Source of the DNA: Cyanophora paradoxa CCMP329
Lineage: Eukaryota > Plantae > Glaucophyta
DNA length: 64,000 nucleotides
Assembly (NCBI GenBank): GCA_004431415.1
Contig: QPMI01000610.1
Span: 248,001 to 312,000, forward strand
Reading direction: 5' to 3'
In this document: positions 60,455 through 64,000 of the stretch, piece after piece
Layout: each line of letters begins with the position of its first letter
Numbering within the stretch: position 1 is the stretch's first letter
The notes under the pieces: model-generated
Database searches by the model: none
Seen by the model: the letters and a program-made list of their open reading frames with translations, nothing else
What the model was told of the DNA's origin: nothing
Made by a program: the position numbers and the translations under genes

Positions 60455-61723
60455 ATGTCTCGCCAAGCGCTCGCGGCCGCTGCGCTGCTCCTCCTGGCGC
60501 ACCAGGCTGCCGGAATCTACCTCCTCCTTGGGCCGCACGACCCGCCTCGGTGAGCGCGCTTTCCGCGCGCCCACGCCAAGGCGCACACTCGCGCGGCTCA
60601 AAACAGCTCTGATCGGTGCGCGGCGTGCAGGTGCCTCGTTCTTGACGGTGCGTGATCCGCTTTAACTTTTGCTTGCGCTTCGCCGACCCTGCAACTGCCG
60701 CGCAGTTGTGCGTCGCCCTTTTCTCAGCGGCGCTGCCTGAGCGTTCGTCGTCCTTCGCTTATCGAATTCGCTGCAGCCATCTCAGACACCGTGCCTCATC
60801 GAGGCGTGCCTGCGCTGTTGAGCTCTTGCGCTTCCTGTTGGCGCCCTAGCCTTGAGCTTGTTTCGCAGTATCGGTCTCCCGATCAGACCGCATGCTTCGG
60901 AGAGGAGTGCGTGGGCATGCAGATTTCCATCAATCCCGTAGCAGTTCGAATGACTGGTGCGCTTTTTCAGAGCGCGTTCTGGTCCTCTCTAATGAGAAGG
61001 CCTTCAGTGCGAGGCCCCGACGCGAAAGGCACTGAAGTGATTGCTAGTACCCTGAGCGATAAGTCGGGCAAAGTCGCGTTCACTTCGCGAAAAGATGGGG
61101 AGCACTACATCTGCTTTCAGGTTGCAGTCCACAAACTTGATGACTGAGTTCCTGCTCACGTTCGAGCAGCTGAACGACACTGCTGTAGCGAACGATGCCC
61201 CCCTCGTGCAAACGAACTTACGCCCCCAATGTTTTAGTGCCCTCTCAAATGTGCTCTGCAGCGATTCTATGTTGTGGCAAAGACCGCTGATGAGGCTGTC
61301 GACTACTCTGCTCTTGCAGATGCAGCCCACATGTCAGGTGCAGTTTTTCACCGCTTGGTCTTCCAACTTGGCTCGCCAATGCTTCTCTTTAGAAATGGAG
61401 GTGGAGGTTCGGCGTCTGAACGACAAACTTGCTTTCATCCGCTTCGAAATGACTTACCACAAGGCTCTTGATGACGTGAGCCTTCTCTGAGCCTCATATC
61501 ATTGCTATTATCTAACAGGCCGCAGGTCTTCACTCGCATGAGCGGTGCTGTCGGTCGCAAGATAACAATCTGGCAAGCTTGCTTGAGGCCCTGAATTCCC
61601 TTGCCTTATTGTGTGGCTCATTCTGTTCGCAGGATGCTCATCCAGGCGGCCATCTTCTGTGGGGCCACCTATGCCCAAATGTACTTCCTCAAGTCCATGT
61701 TCGTGAAGAAGAAGCTCGTGTAG
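60455..61723 (+). CDS. p24/emp24/gp25L (TMED) GOLD-domain cargo receptor
   Basis: Signal peptide MSRQALAAAALLLLAHQAAG; KSGKVAFTSRKDGEHYICF; coiled coil MEVEVRRLNDKL; TM then QMYFLKSMFVKKKLV* dilysine tail. Confidence 0.9.
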
Positions 61724-62521
61724 AGTCACGATCATCGCAACGCGAAGGTTGTTCTTCCTTAAAGAGAGCATCTTGCCAGTTGCCACATATAATGTGTGCA
61801 GGCTTCAAGTGTAGAGTTTCCACTCTGTGGCATTGTATCAACGCTAACAGCTGTACATATTAACAATTTGTACATTTCTACATATCTAGCAGTCGAAGTC
61901 GAGGAAATCAGAGTCGCAGCGGCTAGTAGAGGCAGGACGCGCGGGCCCGACGACGAGCGGCACGCGTCTGGCGCCACGTGCGCGTGTTCTACTCCATCTG
62001 CATGCGCGTGTCAATCGATAACAGCGATCGAGCTATGGAGCTGTGGACTCGTGAGCTGTAGAGAGCGCGCCTTCACCGTCGTCCCGCAGGCAGAGCAGCC
62101 GAGCCGCATCTGACCCGCTGTCGTCATGCCTGCACCGCAGCCAGGGCAGCGCACCCCACCGTGAACGCCTGCAGCCGGCGCCGCCCTGTGTACAAGCTTA
62201 AGCGTCGGCCTCCGAGGCTCCGCGCATCGAGTTGAAATTAACAGGACGCGCGAGGCGCGCGGCGCGCAAGAGAAAGGGCGCGCAGGGCTATTGCCGCAGT
62301 GCCGACGCGCACCGCGGGTTCGACTTCACTCGTGCAGCGCGGCGCCGGCGGATCGCGTCGCGCATGCGGCGAAAGTACGGAATGGGATTAATCAAGGGGA
62401 TACATATGAAGATGAAGGTCATCCTCGCGCGCGGCGGCTGGCAAGCTCGAGCAGGTTGGTCCGGGAACTTGGCCGAGAAACGGGTACTGGCCCTTCAAAT
62501 TTCCCTGGCCCCCGTCTAACG

Positions 62522-62628
62522 TGCATTTCAGACACGACCAACGACATCTGGACTAGCCCTAGTAGCTGTTTGGCTAGCAGTGGGCCGCCGGTCGAATCTA
62601 TGGGCTCAGACAGATAGGCAAGCGACGT
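62522..62628 (+). repeat. About 105-bp dispersed direct repeat, copy 2
   Basis: Near-identical to 54003-54107. Confidence 0.92.
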
Positions 62629-63502
62629 CGAAAATCGAAATCGAATACCGAAGCTCGAGATCGAAACCCTAGGTCTACTTACCCTACGGGCTTAAGATCA
62701 AAAGATCAAAGGTGCGGGCCGTGCCCGGAGGCTCGCCCGTTCCCGCCACGGACTGGCCCTAAGGGAGAGGAATGCTGCCCGAGGGGGCCGAAACCCCCAC
62801 GAGCCCCGGACCGGGAGATCTGCACCTGCAGCTGCGGCTCTCTGAGCTCAGCGCGTGGCGCGCGGCGTGGGGGCGCGGCGCCCCCGTCCCGTGCGACGAA
62901 GCCCGCTGCAAGCGCGCCAGAGCTGGGGCTTTGATACGCATAGATAGCTGCGCATGCGGTCTGATCCCACTGGGCGCAGCACAAGCACGATCATGAGGAG
63001 TCCCAAGGAGGATCGCGGTCAGGACTATCTATGATGCTGAGCCTGAAACGCACGCCCTCCCCCGAGCGGGCCGTCCCTCGCTCCCCGTCGCCCGTCCGCC
63101 GCCACGCACCGCCGCCCCCGGCCAGCCGAGATCGTGACCGCCCGCGGGAGCCGGCCGCCTCATCACGGTTCATCTCCGGCTCATCTCGTTCACGAGGCGA
63201 GGGCGCTTGAAAAAAAATCTCATTCTCAGCATGCCCTTGCAAATTTGAAGGGGGAAAAACTACATGCTGACTGGGCAGGTGAGGATATGGTGTGTGTGAG
63301 TGTTGTTGGTGTTAGTTAAAGTCATAGTAGAGTTGAAAGTCAGTGGTCCCGCTAATCCCGTCATGTTGCAAGCTGTCTGAAGCACAAAGCAACCGGATGT
63401 CACGGGGTCCGAAAGTTGGTAGATTAATGTCACAGTACGTCGTGTCAAAAGTGAAAGTCGGTTGAAAGCAGGGGTATTACCCGCCAAGCTGCTTGATCTG
63501 TG

Positions 63503-64000
63503 TTATTTGTTCTGGGTCAGCTGCACATCAACCAAGGAATCATTGATTGCATGGCTGACCTGATCCGCAGCCCACTTCGCAGTCTCAACAGTCTGCGAGT
63601 CATCAGACTTCTTGGCATCCTTGATAATGCCCTTGATAAAGTCTGCAATGCCATTAGATGCGCCAGTTTTGCCAGAAAACGAAAGCATTGACCTTGCCGC
63701 ATGTGGCCGGCGACAGCTGGGCCACAAGAGGAGGCAATGTCGCCAATGACACCAACAGCTGCCCGGATGACAGTCTCGGACTTGTTCTGGTCCTCATACA
63801 CTCGCCGAAGCAAGTCCATCACGCCGTCAACGTAAGCAAGGAAGACCTCAGCTGTAGTTGGTGTCATGCAGAGAGGATAGAGGTGTCGAGCACAGAGGAC
63901 AGGAGAGCGAAAACTGACTCACCCCGCTTGTCGGTCTTGAGGCCCTGCAGGATACCCGTATACGCCTCGAGGATGCTCTCGCGCAGCTGATTCAGGTACT
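63503..64000 (-). CDS. KPNB1: Importin beta-1, C-terminal exons (5' part outside window)
   Basis: YLNQLRESILEAYTGILQGLK; VIRAAVGVIGDIAS; TVETAKWA...; TAA at 63503-63505. Confidence 0.92.

Noticed and set aside
62126-63320. Short ORFs after the p24 gene
   Set aside because: No family signal or coherent exon chain could be assembled.
1-64000. rRNA, tRNA or prokaryotic operon features
   Set aside because: None recognised by eye; covariance-model searches (tRNAscan-SE, Infernal) would be needed to exclude small RNA genes.

Overview
Eukaryotic, very GC-rich, gene-dense genomic DNA with many short (about 50-160 nt) spliceosomal introns, a large share of which use GC donors. Most long ORFs in the supplied track are shadow frames or intron read-throughs, so I assembled genes by hand from conserved motifs; internal exon boundaries are approximate. 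Recognisable products: cyclic-nucleotide PDE (3' end), CFIm25/NUDT21, a TTLL enzyme, a SETD8-like methyltransferase, a five-module PZP chromatin reader, a C2 protein, ARPC1, a WD40 protein, a longin R-SNARE, CDPF1, a Toc34-like GTPase, a PPR protein, a p24/GOLD protein and importin-beta (3' end). Toc34 plus TTLL and Arp2/3 suggest an alga with a primary plastid; a glaucophyte such as Cyanophora is plausible, but that is inference only. Main discoveries: (1) a tail-to-tail inverted pair of virus/phage-like zinc deaminase genes in which, with the best splice sites, the HAE half stops at GCG-TAA and the PCxxC half continues in the +1 frame in both copies (candidate programmed +1 frameshift or splice switch); (2) an inverted pair of genes each encoding three divergent AP2-like domains with an unrecognised conserved extension; (3) sequence-composition signals: GC-AG introns, clustered GTACCC motifs and polylinker-like palindrome runs; (4) a 241-bp TA-flanked MITE next to a 39-40-bp minisatellite.
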